From NCBI GenBank assembly GCA_032718475.1, contig JAUCBJ010008602.1, positions 1-64,000 on the forward strand: DNA of 64,000 bases, in the 5' to 3' direction. The stretch's first letter is position 1; each line of letters opens with the position of its first letter. Below the pieces are notes generated by a model, which ran no database searches, was not told where the DNA came from, and worked only from the letters and a program-made list of their open reading frames with translations. Source of the stretch: Nemertoderma westbladi (lineage: Eukaryota; Animalia; Xenacoelomorpha). This document shows, one piece after another, positions 63,139-64,000 of the stretch. Both the position numbers and the translations under genes were made by a program.

Positions 63139-64000
63139 AAACGAATCCTGTTATCTAATAAACACCGCAGTGTATCGAGCACTTACGTATGAGACTGAAA
63201 CCGATAGCGAGCTCCCCCTAACTATTCCGGACCGACAACCATCTCGGAAAGCGCCAACTTCCAACGTAGGAATCCGGGAATTTCCCGTAGTGCAGTTGAG
63301 AGTCCACGGGTTAAAAAAGAGCTATATAGTGAACGCCCTCCTTGACTCCGGCAGCACAGGAACATTCATCGACAAAGAACTAGCCGAAGACATCTTTGCT
63401 GGACAACCCAAGTTCCGAACTAAGTTGAACCTTTCAGGAATTATGCAGGTTTGGAAATCTACAGTAGCTACAGACTACTATGTAGGCGCGTTGTCCATCC
63501 CCCAGGATGAACTAGGAGAACACAGTATAAGGTCAGTAAAAATGGTGGCGATAAAGAACTTTGCTACCAGCCAAGTGGAACCTTATAACTGGGATGAAGA
63601 CGATTTCACCCAGCAGCATGAGATACCTAGATTCAACACCGACTACCCAGGGGTACAGATACTCATCGGCCAAAATGCGCATGAGGCGCTTGAGACATTA
63701 GAGAAATGGCCTGCTCGACCGCAACCATTGCAAACCTATGCGGGAAGAACAAGAGTAGGTTGGTACTTCACTGGACCTTCCTGTAGGACACTCATGGAAA
63801 GGCTACCCAAAGATCAGGTCCATCAGATGAGTGAATGGGAAGAAGACATCAGTGAGGGAGAGACAACCACAACTGAGGGAACACCATACTCCTCAGATAA
63901 TGACGATATTAACTCTAATGTAGATCAATGGAGACATTGCCTTGGGACGATTAATCCAGCCGACATCGCTTCCAGAGGAGCAACTCCTCAAGAACTGATA
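63122..64000 (+). pseudogene. BEL/Pao pol remnant: aspartic protease joined to post-RNase H segment; runs off the window
   Basis: Open frame (+1 relative to gag) with VNALLDSGSTGTFID, GWYFTGP and QWRHCLGTINPADIASRG; homologous to 41745-42449. Confidence 0.88.

Overview
Repeat-rich eukaryotic (most likely invertebrate animal) genomic DNA. One confident host gene: a two-exon CNOT10 orthologue on the minus strand. A possible terminal exon of a single-pass membrane protein lies at ~50.5-50.9 kb. The rest is tandem repeats (a ~14-kb array of a 24-bp unit, plus 30-, 31-, ~45-, 26-, 22- and 13-bp arrays) and nested transposons. These are an RTE-like LINE inside the 30-bp array, an RTE-X-like LINE interrupted by a BEL/Pao LTR element with a 5-bp TSD, a second BEL/Pao copy at the right edge, a Copia (GalEa-like) gag/protease fragment, an IS3EU-like fragment and several MITEs. 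The giant repetitive ORFs in the track are artefacts of the satellites. The most interesting signal is two diverged, decayed copies (18.0-19.6 kb minus; 53.5-55.6 kb plus) of an ORF combining a WRN/EXD-type DEDDy 3'-5' exonuclease domain with three CCHC zinc knuckles. One copy sits just upstream of a polypurine tract and LTR, i.e. in the 'env' slot of an LTR retroelement. The BEL/Pao family also shows a shared in-frame loss of RT/RNase H and an unrecognised extra 3' ORF. All family assignments are by-eye motif recognition; no database searches were run.
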